From contig JALDTO010000213.1 of assembly GCA_023515725.1 (NCBI GenBank), positions 124,001-188,000 on the forward strand: a DNA stretch of 64,000 nt, given 5' to 3'. Position 1 is the stretch's first letter. Each line of letters starts with the position of its first letter. The DNA comes from Amoeboaphelidium protococcarum X5. Lineage: Eukaryota; Fungi; Aphelidiomycota. A model generated the notes under the pieces. It was not told where the DNA came from. It worked only from the letters and a program-made list of their open reading frames with translations, and searched no databases. A program made the translations under genes and the position numbers. Positions 45,223-58,404 of the stretch are shown here, in pieces.

Positions 45223-46156
45223 ATGCCAATAATGAGCAACGGTTCAGTCACATCTCCATAAAAGTAGACTTACATTATTGGTATCGCTGGTGGAAGTGCT
45301 AGCGGTAAAACTTCTGTATCAGAGTAAGTTTTAATCACTGATTTACCAGTATTGATATCACAGCATGATTTCTTATGAGAGTGTAGACTGATCATTAGCA
45401 ATTTAGATGTCTCCTCCGTCGCGCTGATATCTATGGATAGCTTTTACAAAATACTCACAAAGGAGTAGATTGCTGCAGCTAATAAAGCAGAATATGACTT
45501 TGATCATCCCAGTAAGAGATATATTTGATAAATTTTAACTATTGTTTATCTCCATCACACCGAGGCTTAATGTTTCTATGTAGACGCGTTCGATTTTGAT
45601 TTGCTCTTTTAAATTCTGCATCAGCTCAAGTCTGGCCAGGAAGTTGATATTCCAATTTATGATTTCAAGACTCACTCAAGGTATATATAGTTGTATCTGG
45701 TGGTCTTTGACATTTTTCTCTCTAGTATAAATGTAGATTGGACGAATGTATAAAGATTAGTGGTGCGTCAGTGGTGGTTTTTGAGGGAATATTTGCATTG
45801 TATGATTAGGAGATTATGAAGCTGATGGACCTCAAGCTTTTTGTTGATGCTGACGACGATATTCGCTTAGCTAGGCGTTGTAAGTTTTCAGTCTATGAAC
45901 ACTTCACTCTATATCACCAACACTGATCTTTACGGGATTTAATGTAGTGAGACGCGATATTGCGGATAGAGGTAGATCGCTCGACTCGGTCCTTACTTAG
46001 TATCAGAGATTTGTGAAGCCGTCATTTGATGAGTTCGTGAGGCCAACTATGAAGTATGCCGATGTCATTGTGCCTAGAGGTGCAGACAACACGGTGGCTA
46101 TCAATTTGTTATCTGAGCACATTTCTCTATAGCTCTAGGAGAAGCACATTGAATGA
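45223..46156 (+). CDS. URK1: Uridine/cytidine kinase (no UPRT domain); 4 introns
   Basis: [50 protein letters not shown]|[17 protein letters not shown]. Confidence 0.93.
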
Positions 46157-48065
46157 ATAAATAAGTTAAGCTTATACTAGCCGCAGTATTAAGGATTTAC
46201 AGATAAATAAAAGTAAATTATGTATTGTCAGGACCGATTTACATCATTGTTGAGGAAGTCTTGAGTAGCTGCAGGTTTTCTTCATCACGGCCAGTAACAG
46301 ATGAATTGTCAAGCTCATTCATTGTGATTATATCCTACTTGGACATGTGTGCAGAATCTTGAGCTATACGAGCAGCGCCAGCTTCACACTCTGCAGCCCA
46401 GTCTAGACGAAGCACAAAAATTCCAATTGAGATGCCAAGGCACAGTATGGCGGTAGCTATACCGATCCAAAGCCCGAGAACGCCAAATCCACTAGCAGGA
46501 GGTTCATTTCCAACTTTTACTATTATAGAAGAAGATGACTCCTGAGATGTGGTGACATTCATAAGACTTGAAGCGAAATCTTGCAATTATTAACTGAATC
46601 CATATCCAAATGCCATCACATAGCCGAGAGGAACGCATATCAAGTAATAACATCCCAGAGTGAACAAAGCACCCATTTCCTGTCTTCCACAGGCACGAAG
46701 AATACTTTAAGATAAAGTTTACACTCCATCGAAAACTTGATAAAAAGCACAGACTGGTAATAATTACTAGATAAAATGAGCCATTAATTACTTGGAAGCC
46801 TGCGCAATCTCTGCAGATTATTATTAATTTTATGAACCTTCTGCGTGCAAGAACGCATTTGCTATTCTATCACCATTTGCAATCAAAATACTTGAATTTA
46901 CAAGCATAGAGAGTATCGTAATAGCAAGAGACAATCTGACAACAATCTTTGATCTAATGGCATCATTTGCACCCAAGTAATTCCCAATAGTGACACCAGA
47001 AGCTATACTCAATCCATAAGGAATCATGTACATAGAGTAGACCGTGTTCTGCACAATAGAGTGAGCACTTAAACTGATTGGCCCAATAGATCCAGCGAGA
47101 AGAGCACAAATTTCAAAAGCCCACCATTCGGCACAAATCATTAAAGTGTTTGGTAATGCGAGGCGGTAATAAAGTGTCCAACCTTTAAAGGTATTTCTAG
47201 AAAATATAATCGGCGGGATTCTACCATTAGCGATGTACCTCAAGTATACTAGAACTGATACAACAAGCGATCCATAAGCAAGGTTAAGAGATATTGCGGC
47301 ACCGACGTAGCCCATTTTCAATTGTCCCACCATCACGTAATGACACATCCAATTCACAAGACAGCCTATGAGCATTGATATAAAAGCCGCCGTAGTGTCC
47401 CCATGGCACTAAATGTAACGCTTATAAACTTCAAAAGTCATGAATAGTGGTATAGCAGGACTTGACCATCGACAATAAGTCTACGCAACCATCGCCACTT
47501 CATACGGCTGACGCATAATATTTATAAGAATCGGAGCGCAAAAACATAACGTGAGACAGATGGGAATACAAGTAATCCAGATTATCACCAACGCTTTTGA
47601 AAGTGTGGTGCCGAGATACTGTCGTGATCTAGAACTTCCGCCATGCAAATGCTATTAGGAAATAACACTGCCAATATCACCTCTCCTCTACATGCCGACA
47701 CTTTATGCAACCAGAGTATCCAGTCCACCGCACATACCGTAACCAACGCTGTAACCGATGGCATTATACAGCGAAAATGCCAGCGAAATTCCCGCCAGAG
47801 CTGTGACATCCCCAGACTATCCAACGAAGTGCATAGACACCAGCGACATTGTAGCAAAGAACCAGTAAGTCAATACTAAAGGCACAGAGAGCCGGAGCAG
47901 TTTAATCAATTCAACATAGTACAGTGACTTTTAGATAGAGTGAAACAGTTCTATAATTCTAGATTTAGTAAATGGAAAGACGTATTAGTTTTAGCCAGAT
48001 GAAGATTAATATTCTTGACTATCACCCAGTTCCTGAGATTCACCAATTCGGCGATATATTGTCAT
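46101..48065 (-). CDS. MATE family efflux transporter (3' end uncertain)
   Basis: [48 protein letters not shown]; first in-frame TGA is at 46101-46103. Confidence 0.85.
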
Positions 48066-49207
48066 TCTGATTTAATTAATTATTTATTTATTTATTTTAC
48101 GTAGGCACAATATATAAGAAGCGCAAACAACAATAAGCAAACTTTACATTGTCGGCGAGGTGAAAACTTTGCTCTTTACCTGGATACAACACACACTGAT
48201 CTCATTTTGATTGAAACCAGAATGATAAGATCATGAAATTACTGTTAATAAGGCGATCGCAGTCCTTTAGACTTTATTTTTGCCCACAGGTGGATATGTA
48301 ACAAGCGTTATAGGGAATTTCTTTGAAGGAAGTACTGAGATCAGAGTGCCTTTGAAGATGCAAGGTAAAGTATTTGAAGGCGTCAATTGATGAGTCATGA
48401 TTGATACAGAATGCAGAGACAGAAGCTGAAATATTATTAATTGTTTGTTAGAAAAAGTGAGAAAGTCACGTTGTAAAATGCATCTACAGTTAGTAAATCA
48501 AGTGCCAGGGTGACTGGAATATGCTACAGTGTTCACCAGCTAGAATATTATTTACTGTCTACGTTCTGCACGGTAGTCGCAATGTAAGAATAAAAAGCGT
48601 GCTTGAGAAGCCTTCTTACCGTGAACTATTGAAGTGATTAGCGTGAGTTATGAGTGAGTACAACTAAAAACATGGCGTCTGAATGTTCCGCATTTGTCGT
48701 CCCCTGAAACAGTTACAGTACATTACTCTGGTGCTACGTGTGCTGGCTGTTGTTTCGATGACAAGACTTGACGTGTTGATCTTTCAAACAGTTACGTCAA
48801 GAGGTGCCTAAAAGGTGCAATTGATTTCCAAGTTGAGGGTTCTTATACCTTGGCTCCTTAGTAGAAACAATTATTAGGTACCAAGTATCTAGTGCAGCCA
48901 GAATGGTCCCTGGTAACGAAGTAGTTAATATGTAGACGCGATCCAGAAAAGAATCGTAAGTGTTGAGGCAGAAAGGTTGTAGAAGGCTGCGTAACAAGAA
49001 ACTACAAAGCTATTTAACTCTGTTAAGCCTTGAGTCTCCAAGTACACACAAACGGTGGTTGTGGATTAGGTGGATGAGATTGTTAGACTTCGCTTGCTAA
49101 GGATTATTTTCCTGGAAGGTAGATCGTCAGACTGATATGACATTAATTTAATGCGGCCTTTGAGTAGATCGAAACATTAATTTAATACATCGCCCATCAT
49201 CTCTATT

Positions 49208-49930
49208 TCATGACTTTCTCATTTATTCCAAGTATTGTAGTACTTTCTGCAATCCCGTTTAGAGACTATCAAAAGGAAGCAAACTCAAATGCATTATGGT
49301 CAACTCCAACATCACAGGGTGCAATACAACTTGAGACAGAAAAGGATCACTATGAACGAAGGCTTTAGTGTCGAAATCAAATGATAGCAGAAACAGAGAC
49401 TACAAAGTACAAGCAATCTCCTTCTTGAAGCAATATAAACTACATTAAGCCAACCGAAAACGCGTCGTGAAATCTAATTTTATTATCAAGTCTGGATCGT
49501 CTTAAAACACCACTACCATAATGTCTTCATAATCACCACTGTAATCCAAAAGCATATTGATAATCATATTTGCATACTGCATTGAATCTTGAGCTACCAA
49601 TTCGCGCAGCAAACGGCCGAATAGTCGCAAAGTATCATCAGAGAGAGGGTGACTAGAAAATACGATACCCGCAAATACTTTTAATAATAACTGATTTCTT
49701 ATAGCCTGACTCAAATCTGAAAGAGTGTCAGAGTACGAAGATAGCTTCGAGTTTACACCGAGACACCAACATAGAGCGTCGCATTGAGCGCGTACCAAGT
49801 CCTCATTTTGACTATTGGAGATATTATCTGCTTATGAACTATGAGATAACTATCTCATTAAAGTTTAGACTGCATTGCTTCTTGTCTCAAATCCATCCAA
49901 ATCTTTAAGTAAAATCGAAAGATTGTCCAT
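49208..49930 (-). CDS. Hypothetical alpha-helical protein (240 aa)
   Basis: ATG 49930 to TGA 49208 open with TAR=Q; no family recognised. Confidence 0.5.
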
Positions 49931-50144
49931 TGTATAACGTCAAGGTGACTATTGATATACTTACAAAGACAACATAGATACGGTACAGTACGCAGTGTAA
50001 GGGAGTAACCGTTACTTTGTTTCAGAGCGCGGCAAAAGTTGAAAACATTCCGATCGCCGTTTCACTGACCACTTGTTACCTTTTCTCTTTTTTTTATGCG
50101 CACTGGTATTAGGTTGTCAAGAGAACTTATATATACTATCGTTA

Positions 50145-50901
50145 ATGTGGCGGTCACAAATTCTGTTTTGCATTTGGGAGTATGGATAGTTTGAAGAAGT
50201 CTTAAAGTTTAAGTGGTCAACAAGGGAAAACTTTGTAATTATCATATTCAAAGAGTAACTATTTAAAAACTGAAGTTGTTGCTCCTCGTCGTTTCTTTTT
50301 ATTTTTATACTACGTGCTGAATACTCTTGCAATATCTAGTCTTTATGGTACGTAGATTTTTGATAATCTACTGAATGCTATCAGTTTGTCTCATACCGAG
50401 TGGTCTATCTTATTTGCTCGATTGGTTGGATGGTTGGTTCTGCAAAGGCTGCTAACATCCAATCCGGGGATTATTATTGCCAAAATTAAAAACGACGCCA
50501 CATTAAAAACATTTAATCCAATCAATCTCAGTCTCAGTTGTAAGCATTGTAAGATTGAAGATCAACTCCCCATTGGCAGTCGGCATTGTCGAACGTGTAA
50601 TCATTGTGTTAAAGGCTTCGATCATCACTGCTGGTACTTGGGCAAAGATATTTCACGCGATAATTATGCTCATTTCTTTAGTTTTATGCTGATTGAATGG
50701 CTTTTAATTGTCTGGTACCTCACATACATCTACCCGTACCCGCGATCTCGTAACTTGTCTATCATGGTGCTTCGGCCGTGTCTATAGGCAATCTTGTGTA
50801 TTACTCTATGTCCTCTATCCTGTCTATTAACATTTCATTGTTATCTCATTGCCAGCGGAATGAAAACGTACTAAGTGTTCCAACAGAATATAAAAGATTG
50901 A
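50145..50901 (+). CDS. DHHC palmitoyltransferase (5' exons tentative)
   Basis: SNPG...CKHCK...GSRHCRTCNHCVKGFDHHCWYLGKDISRDNYAHFF; putative short introns 50235-50275 and 50348-50384. Confidence 0.85.
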
Positions 50902-50985
50902 TTCAATGTTAAAGAGTGAAAAGCATGTAACGAGTATAGAAAGAGAAGATATAAACTGTAGTGTACAATGTAAACATTTAATGCA

Positions 50986-52626
50986 TCAACCAAATACTGA
51001 TGGTGGGATAAATGTCCAAGCAGTTCCTGTGGCAGCCATAATACAGCTAACAATCAGTATTGCAATGTTGAGCATTCTCTCAAACAATGATAGCGTGCCT
51101 CTGTATAGCTTCAAGTAGCAGAAGAGGGGGAATATCACACTGACCAGGAAACTAAACAAGGCACCCAGTAGAGATATTATCCTCTCAAAACCAGGGAATA
51201 TAATGGCAATGAATAACACAAGACTCGATACTACTGTCCTCAGCAAGATTCTGAATATATCATACGGTAGTCGGATAGTAGGTCCGCTACCACCACATAA
51301 ATTGCATGTCACTGTAGAATACCGTTTACTACCTATGAGGAACGATTCTTCTTGCTTTAACATCTTGAGCGTATAAAATTCAAACGTGGTAAACACTGGA
51401 GACATTGTTAGCGGAAACTTTGTCATTGGATTAATGGCAATTATCCAAATACAAATGACATTCAACACTTGATTATAACCGGGAACTTGAGCGATATTCT
51501 TTGTAATTTCATCCAATGTCCCTTGGCCAAACATCAGATATCCAAAAGTGGCCATTGACGCGTAAAGAATGCAAGTTACAACGTAAGTGATGTTCAACAT
51601 GGTGCCAAATCTCTCTGGCTACTTCATATCACGATAAATTTATGGGAAAATGGCGTGTCCAGCGAATCCACTCATACATAGACCGAATACTAGAGGTATT
51701 TTGTATGCATTGATAGGCCACGCAGTAGTTGGTGCAGGATTAACAATACTGCCCGGAGTTTCGGTATGTGTCACGCCATCGTACAGAATCACAGACAGCA
51801 GATTAATGATGGTAAAGATACCGACCAGACTAACGTAGGAGAGCACACGTAGATCTTTAAGCCAAGTAAACGGACAGACACAAGCAAACGCGATGACTTT
51901 AAGAAGCAATAAATCAACAGACGGAAATAGTGCATGCAGAGAGTCTGCAATCAAGATAATAAGCGCTACTGCAGCTGCAATTAGCTCCATAGTAAACAGA
52001 ATCATTATAAAAATCTATCCACTCCTACCGAATGCAGCCTCGCCAATATCAGAGTAAGTATTTAATCGCTTCGGTTGTGTAGACGTGCTATTAATTAATG
52101 TCGCCGCTGGTGATTCCTCAGTAAAACTGTCAATCTTATTCATCAGTGGTTCAGTCGCGGGAGTATTAAATTATGTAGAAGCATGAGATCCATACGATGC
52201 TACAGAGCTACGTAAATTATAAGGCGACTGTTTTGCTTTTTCTTAATATAACACTGGAGATTCCATACTTTATATAGTTTCAACCAGGTCCTAATCTTGA
52301 TAATCCATACATTTCGCGATAATGCGAGCAGTGTAATTGGTCAAGATCATGAAGCCAATCAGCAACGAGACACCCAAATACCATCCAGCCAGTTTAAAAG
52401 CAAACGGAAGGGACAGAATACCGACACCTACCAAGATATTGATAGAATTGAAAGTGGTCTAAGCAAATGAGGATTATCCACCAACATCATCACTCTAACG
52501 CGTCTCATCAAGCAGAGGAACATTTTCATCGATAGCATCCATTAGATTGGGCTAATGCTACTCTTTCAAAATCTAAAGAGAAGCTATAGAGGTTACAGAA
52601 GCTCTTGGAAATTAAAGTTGACTCAT
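50986..52626 (-). CDS. AVT1: Vacuolar amino-acid transporter Avt1-like
   Basis: SSFAQTTFNSINILVGVGILSLPFAFKLAGW, TYSDIGEAAFG, FAGHAIFP, GYLMFG, INPMTKFPL. Confidence 0.9.
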
Positions 52627-52859
52627 CTTTCTTTAAACACAACACGGCTAGATAAGTGTATAATAATCGATGACTAAGCTAAGAGAGTGGCGTATAAATA
52701 TTATTTCTGTTTTTGAGATGAAAATTCACACCGTTGCTGCTGAAAAAGAAAATTCTCTGTGGCCGAGTCACACAAGGATCCCCGATCGATTCAAATCAGA
52801 TCTTTCACTAACGATTCATCGCACAATAAGAATTGCATTTCATTAAATTCACATCTATT

Positions 52860-54512
52860 TCACTCAGAGAGATAATCGTCGGATGTCTAGGTATGATCAA
52901 CGTCGATGAGCCATTCATCATCAAATGCACACATTTTCTGATTAAATCGCGCCTAGATGTACATTTACCACGCATAAAGTCTCTTGTCTGAAGGGCAGTG
53001 AGAGTGCCTGCTGATCGCGTCTTTTAAGATTTGAAATCTCAAACGGGCATCAGGATTAGACGCGGTGTCTCTTTATGGACATTATAGCCAACTTTGAGTG
53101 GATGACGATAGACTTATAGATAGTGCTTAGTCACAGTCAGATTCATCATTATTTCTAGCTTATTGCAACTAAAGAGGCATCCAGACTCTTTAACTTTTAA
53201 ACATATCTAAGCAATTAAAGGAGCAAAATTCGTACTTTACTGAGAAATGCCTGCTTGTTTATTAGATGTAATGCGTCTCCACCAGTTCCAACTTGTAGTC
53301 AAACATCTTTTATAGACAGAGTTGACACACGCTACTATGATGGTTCTCATTGCGAATATTATCGGCTGGATGCAAATTATTACCGTCTTACTCGGAGAGT
53401 GCACGAAGACAAAGCTCTTACAACGGAGGGATAGTTTACGGATGATTTAGCAGACCAGTTGTCTTCTCTTCAAATTGAATATCATCCATCACTAGGCAAT
53501 TTAGATTCAGGCTCAAAATATTCGATGGTAATAAAGTTATTGGATTACGTCTGATGTCCAGCTTAGTGAGCGATCCCAGAAGCCCAATTTCTTATGGCAA
53601 TTCAAATATCCTATTCTACACCAGGCCAAATTTGGTTAATTCATAAAGCTGACCAACGTCGCCAGAGATATTCACAAAATGGTTATCGTTCAAGTTGAGC
53701 CATCGTAGAGAGCGCAAACGATAAATGGACTGAGGTAACTCTGCGATTTAATTCATGGCAAAGTTGATGCGCCACACTTTTTTCAAGTTACCAATGCTTG
53801 CAGGGATACTTTGAAGGCAGTTTGCGTGCATATCAAGTATCTACAACTTTACCATGTGTTAAAACAGATCCGCCGACATAGATTAGATGTTGTTCTTGAA
53901 GCAAATGAGCTCGCACAGCTCCGAACACTACTTTAATGATGACGGCAGAGTTACCAGGCCATTTTTGCTCACGCTCAGAATCTATAGCGATATCAATTAG
54001 CCTATAGTGTCTGGTAGACGCTTTAATTAGTTTTACGACACCATAAAGGTTTCCAGTGAGCGCAAATTACCGATAGATTCAGGCAGTGAGGATAACTAGT
54101 TGCGCTGCAAGTCTAATGCAATTAAATTACTGAGCTCGCCAATCTCTTAAGGTAGTTCCTCAATTTGATTTCCAGCCAGAGCTAATAGTCTTAATTATTG
54201 CAAATATTAAATCTCTGGCGGGACACGCCGCAATTGATTGTTAGACAGTGAGAGTTTAGTCAAATGTGGCAACTGAAACACCACATACGGAATAGTCACG
54301 AATCTGTTAGACGACAATGATAACTCGCGCAATACCAAACACTATATTAACTCTTTAGGGAGGAAGTCAAGTCTATTGTTACTCAGAAATAATTTGTTGA
54401 TGACGGACAAGTCTCCAAGTTAATCAATTTCCAATGCACCTCGAAGTTGACCGCTCAAAGTAACAATCACATCCTTCTGCTCAGGGCTTTACTTGAACAA
54501 CGCGTTTCCCAT
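52860..54512 (-). CDS. LRR protein with BC-box and Cys-rich tail (LRRC58/LRRC28-like cullin adaptor); possible N-myristoylation
   Basis: MGNALF; about 12 LxxLxLxxNxL repeats; IPPLQELCLRAL; CQLC...FCSFNC; ends TGA at 52860. Confidence 0.82.
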
Positions 54513-54759
54513 CTATTATGCTTGATATTATTTTAAAATATGACCAGTTATTGAAATATTATACCTTGGAAAGACTGGAAAGTAATCCAACATGGTCTAA
54601 TACAAGTCACATTCCGAAACATATTACCTGCACACCTGATTCGCTGGCAATCACACCAATCTTGTCAATTGATGTACGGAGGTATGAAAGTTAACACATT
54701 CCATTCATAAACTAGCTTTTCAATTCAGCTATTCGATAACGCTAAACCTAAATATCAAT

Positions 54760-55794
54760 ATGCCTAGGAATCCAAGCGTCGAGCAAGATATCAAGTGGCA
54801 AGACTTGGATAAGTCAAAGTATTTCTTGTATAGTTCAGCGTTTTTGGCATCTGCGCGCGTGGCTGTCTATCCTTCAACAGTAGTGAAGACTCGTCTTTAG
54901 ATGCAACTATAGTAAAACAATATCAACCCAGCTCTGCCATAATAGTCAATCATTGCCCGTCTACCATCATCCTCCTAAAACACCTCGCTGAGTGTCGTCA
55001 AAGTAATTCTCCAGCAGCAGGGTGTCACTGGACTATTCAAAGGAATGAGCATTATGCTTGCAGGTCTTCTTCCATCCCAGGCTCTATACTATAGCACGTA
55101 TGAATGGGTACGTGAGCGAGTTGAAACAAGTGTTTAATCGTACGTGAGCAGAGAGACACGCGCTAATGCCGTCGCGTCAACTTTTGCCTATCCGTCTTCA
55201 GTGCAGGAGCAGAGTGGTCTGCTACGAGTCTGTTTATAATCGCGACTATCCTAAGATATTATAAGCAATTTGGCAGCTGGATCTCTGTCTTCGCTGTCTT
55301 CTCAAGTTGTAGTTGTACCTGCGGATGTTGTAACGTAGCGCTTCATACATCAAGGCAGTCTCCGAACTTCCATCTCATCCATAATGCGAGACATCTACCG
55401 ACTAAAGGGACTGTCTGGGTTCTACAAAGGATCCCTTTTATCCAGTTTTACATATTCATCTGGCTCGGCATTCTATTGGATCAGCTACGCAATGAGCAAG
55501 AGACTACTCCGAGAATCTACATCTCTTGACTCTAATGCTACCAACGCAGTATCGGGCGCGATAGCTGGATGTTCAAGCACAGTCCTCACCCATCCCTTTG
55601 ATCTAATCAAGACCAGAATGCAAATTTCTGACTCTCATCAGACTTTTTATTAAGCGTGCAAACAATATGTACAGAGTGAAGGTCTGAAGCATTTACTAAC
55701 GAAAGGATTGATGGCACGATTGTACAGCAGTGTCCCTGTGTCAGTAATAATGATTCTGAGCTATGAAAAGGCCAAAGAGATGAGCTTAAAATGA
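54760..55794 (+). CDS. Mitochondrial carrier, SLC25A44-like
   Basis: DIKWQDLDKSKYF; three carrier signatures PSTVVKTRLQ, PADVVTQRF, PFDLIKTRMQ. Confidence 0.9.
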
Positions 55795-55897
55795 ACTTTT
55801 ATATACTGTACTATTAGCACATTCAATAAATTTCCCTATTCTTCATTTTCAGTAAATTCTAAACGAGTGTAGAGTCTCTATAAGTGAGAAATCTAGA

Positions 55898-57031
55898 TCA
55901 ATCACTCCATGAATCTCCAGGATCAAGAATTTACCACTCTGGCAACAACTGATTCGACTCTTGACTATTTACTGCTGCCCACTCAGCAATTCTTCCATCG
56001 TTACCTGCACTGTACATTACCTACATATGCACCATTGATGATAACAAGACAGTATATCTAAAATTAACGAGAATACGAACCTTTGAGTTTGTCGGGTGCG
56101 TCAGTGCACCGTTGACACGTCCGAAATGACATCCATCTAATACTTGTTAAACTTGCATTTCGTTCAAATTGATCACCAAAATACTACCATCATCATTGGG
56201 AAACAGCAGCTGCTAGCTATTAATGATAGACATCCGTCTCAACGTGAAGTACTTATTATTAAGTCGCTAATCATTCAATTAACTTGGTGAGGTGTCACCC
56301 TAATCTGCTTTATAGTTCCATTTGCAAAGCGAAGAGTCCATGGCAGTGCTCAACAAATACTTCCCATCTGAAGAAAACTAAAGTCCATTAATACCAGCAC
56401 TATGAGCCACTAGTCTTTACTATTAATCCTATTACTCTTACATTGAACCAAACTGCATTAAACATTAATCTTTCGCACCGCCACCACGTCGAATATCCCA
56501 AACTTTGATTGTTTTATCCATCGACGCGCTGACAAGTATATACTCTTCCGTCGGATGCCATGATACTGCGGATATAGCGTCCTAATGTCCATGCAGAGTC
56601 TATGCAAAAGCACCGGAATTGAGGTCGCAAATTCTCAATCTAGTATCTGAAGTGGCGCACGCTATAAGGTTCTTTGCACTCAGATCGTGCGCGTACACCA
56701 CACTTCCTATTTTGAACTGGTACGACTCTTGCATGAGCTATGTATCAAACACTTTGACACTCTTGTCCATAGAGGATGTAGTAAATAGACCGGTATCGTG
56801 ATGGTACCAGCAGACTGAAGATATGGCATGCTTATGTGACTGAGGTTTCAATAGACGGCCCTTGACGCAGGGCTGATGCTGATCTTCATTAGGATTGATC
56901 TCATATAAACTTATAGTCGCATCGCTACCAACGCTTAACAGATTATGACCATCGCATCTATCTATTGCCATGTCTGTGATATTCTAAGCCTGAACATCTT
57001 GACTGAAGAGTCGCTTTAATCTCCAGACCAT
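55898..57031 (-). CDS. ERCC8: WD40 DNA-repair protein CSA/ERCC8 (Rad28-like); one 3' intron
   Basis: HKHAISSVCWYHHDTGLFTTSSMDKSVKVFD, ICDLNSGAFAQTLHGH, IKVWDIRR, AHSAGINGL, terminal DSWSD*. Confidence 0.88.
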
Positions 57032-57142
57032 ACTTTAACAGCGCGTAAAGTTTGAAAGATTTGGCGCAGTCGGCACTTCACATCTCTTGTTAACAATCGG
57101 CCAATCATACAAACAAATTAAAGTACTATAAACTATACCAAA

Positions 57143-58235
57143 ATGAATGATTTTGTTCATAGTAAGTTTTTATTTTATTTCCAAAGAATATTACAAAGTT
57201 TTAGTGTAGAAAATGCGCATTTAATCTATGCTCTTACCGGTATTGGTTTCTTAGTCGCTGTAAAGTTACTGTTGAATCTCCTCGTGGCCGTTTACGACGT
57301 CTTTGTCGCGTCCGGTGTGAATGTTAAGGCCAAGTATGGTGGAGCTGATCATTACGCATGTAAGTTATGCTTTTTAGTTATAGTTTTACTACGAGTATTT
57401 AAAGTCTTTTGTAAATGGTGTAGTAATTACTGGCTCTACAGATGGTATAGGCAAGGAGTATGCTCTGCAGTTAGCTAAAAAGGGATTGAACATCATTCTG
57501 GTGTCTCGTACGCAGAGCAAATTGGACGCCGTCGCAGAGGAGATTAAGCGCGCGAGTCCATCCGCTAAAGTTGTCACTGAAGCAATTGACTTTTCCAAGA
57601 TCACTGAGAAGAACTGGAAATCGTTGGATCAGCTGTCTGCAAAGTATAAAATCACTGTCCTGGTCAATAATGTGGCTATGAACCATGGTATCCCGACACC
57701 GTTCGCTGAAGAGGAACAGAGTGTGATTGACAATATCTTGCGCGTGAACTGCGATGCCACTCTGCGCATCACTAAAACTGTCTTGAACGGGATGATTTAA
57801 CGTAGTCAGGCGAAATAGGTTAAGAATGCTCTGATTCTGAATATTGGCTCATTTGCAGGTCTAATACCAACTGCATATCTGCAAACTTATAGTGCTACTA
57901 AATCGTTCCTGAAGACGTTCTCTGTCGCTCTTGCGTAGGAGGTGAAGCAGTATGGAATCCATGTTGAGCATCATAATACTTACTTTGTGGTGTCCAATAT
58001 GAGCAAGATATCGCGTCCAAGTATGATGATTCCCACCGCCAAGTCGTACGTCTCAAGCGCCTTATCAAGAGTTGGCACGTCTTATGACGTGACACCATAC
58101 TTTGCACATAATGTAATGGCCAAGTTGTTTAATATGGTTCCGTAGTGGATTCTTGTTAATTAGACTTACTCCATGCAGGTGTCCATCAGGAAGAGAGCAC
58201 TGCGAAAGGCCGAGAGACTGAACAAGAAGGAATGA
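57143..58235 (+). CDS. IFA38: Very-long-chain 3-oxoacyl-CoA reductase (Ifa38/HSD17B12); introns ~57162-57209 and ~57360-57423
   Basis: ITGSTDGIGKEYALQLA, LVSRTQSKL, LVNNV, TYSATKSF, YFVVSNMSKI, IRKRALRK. Confidence 0.92.
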
Positions 58236-58404
58236 GATAGGGAACAGTTGAAATCCTACATGTATAGTCATGTGGTAGGATAAAGTTACTTTTTCAATTT
58301 GATCAATCAATACTATATTGTCAATCAGACATTCATCAAACTGTTAATTTTACTAATTTTACATTTACAAATGCATGAACATAATCCATGCAAAGTTTTT
58401 ATTA

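Noticed and set aside
48070-49200. 1.1-kb gap with several table-6 ORFs and TGATGA/CTGA words
   Set aside because: No recognisable protein, consistent splice model or snoRNA stem; left unannotated pending RNA-seq.
53075-53554. 159-aa plus-strand ORF under table 6
   Set aside because: Lies entirely antisense to the LRR/BC-box gene; with a single stop codon such ORFs arise by chance.
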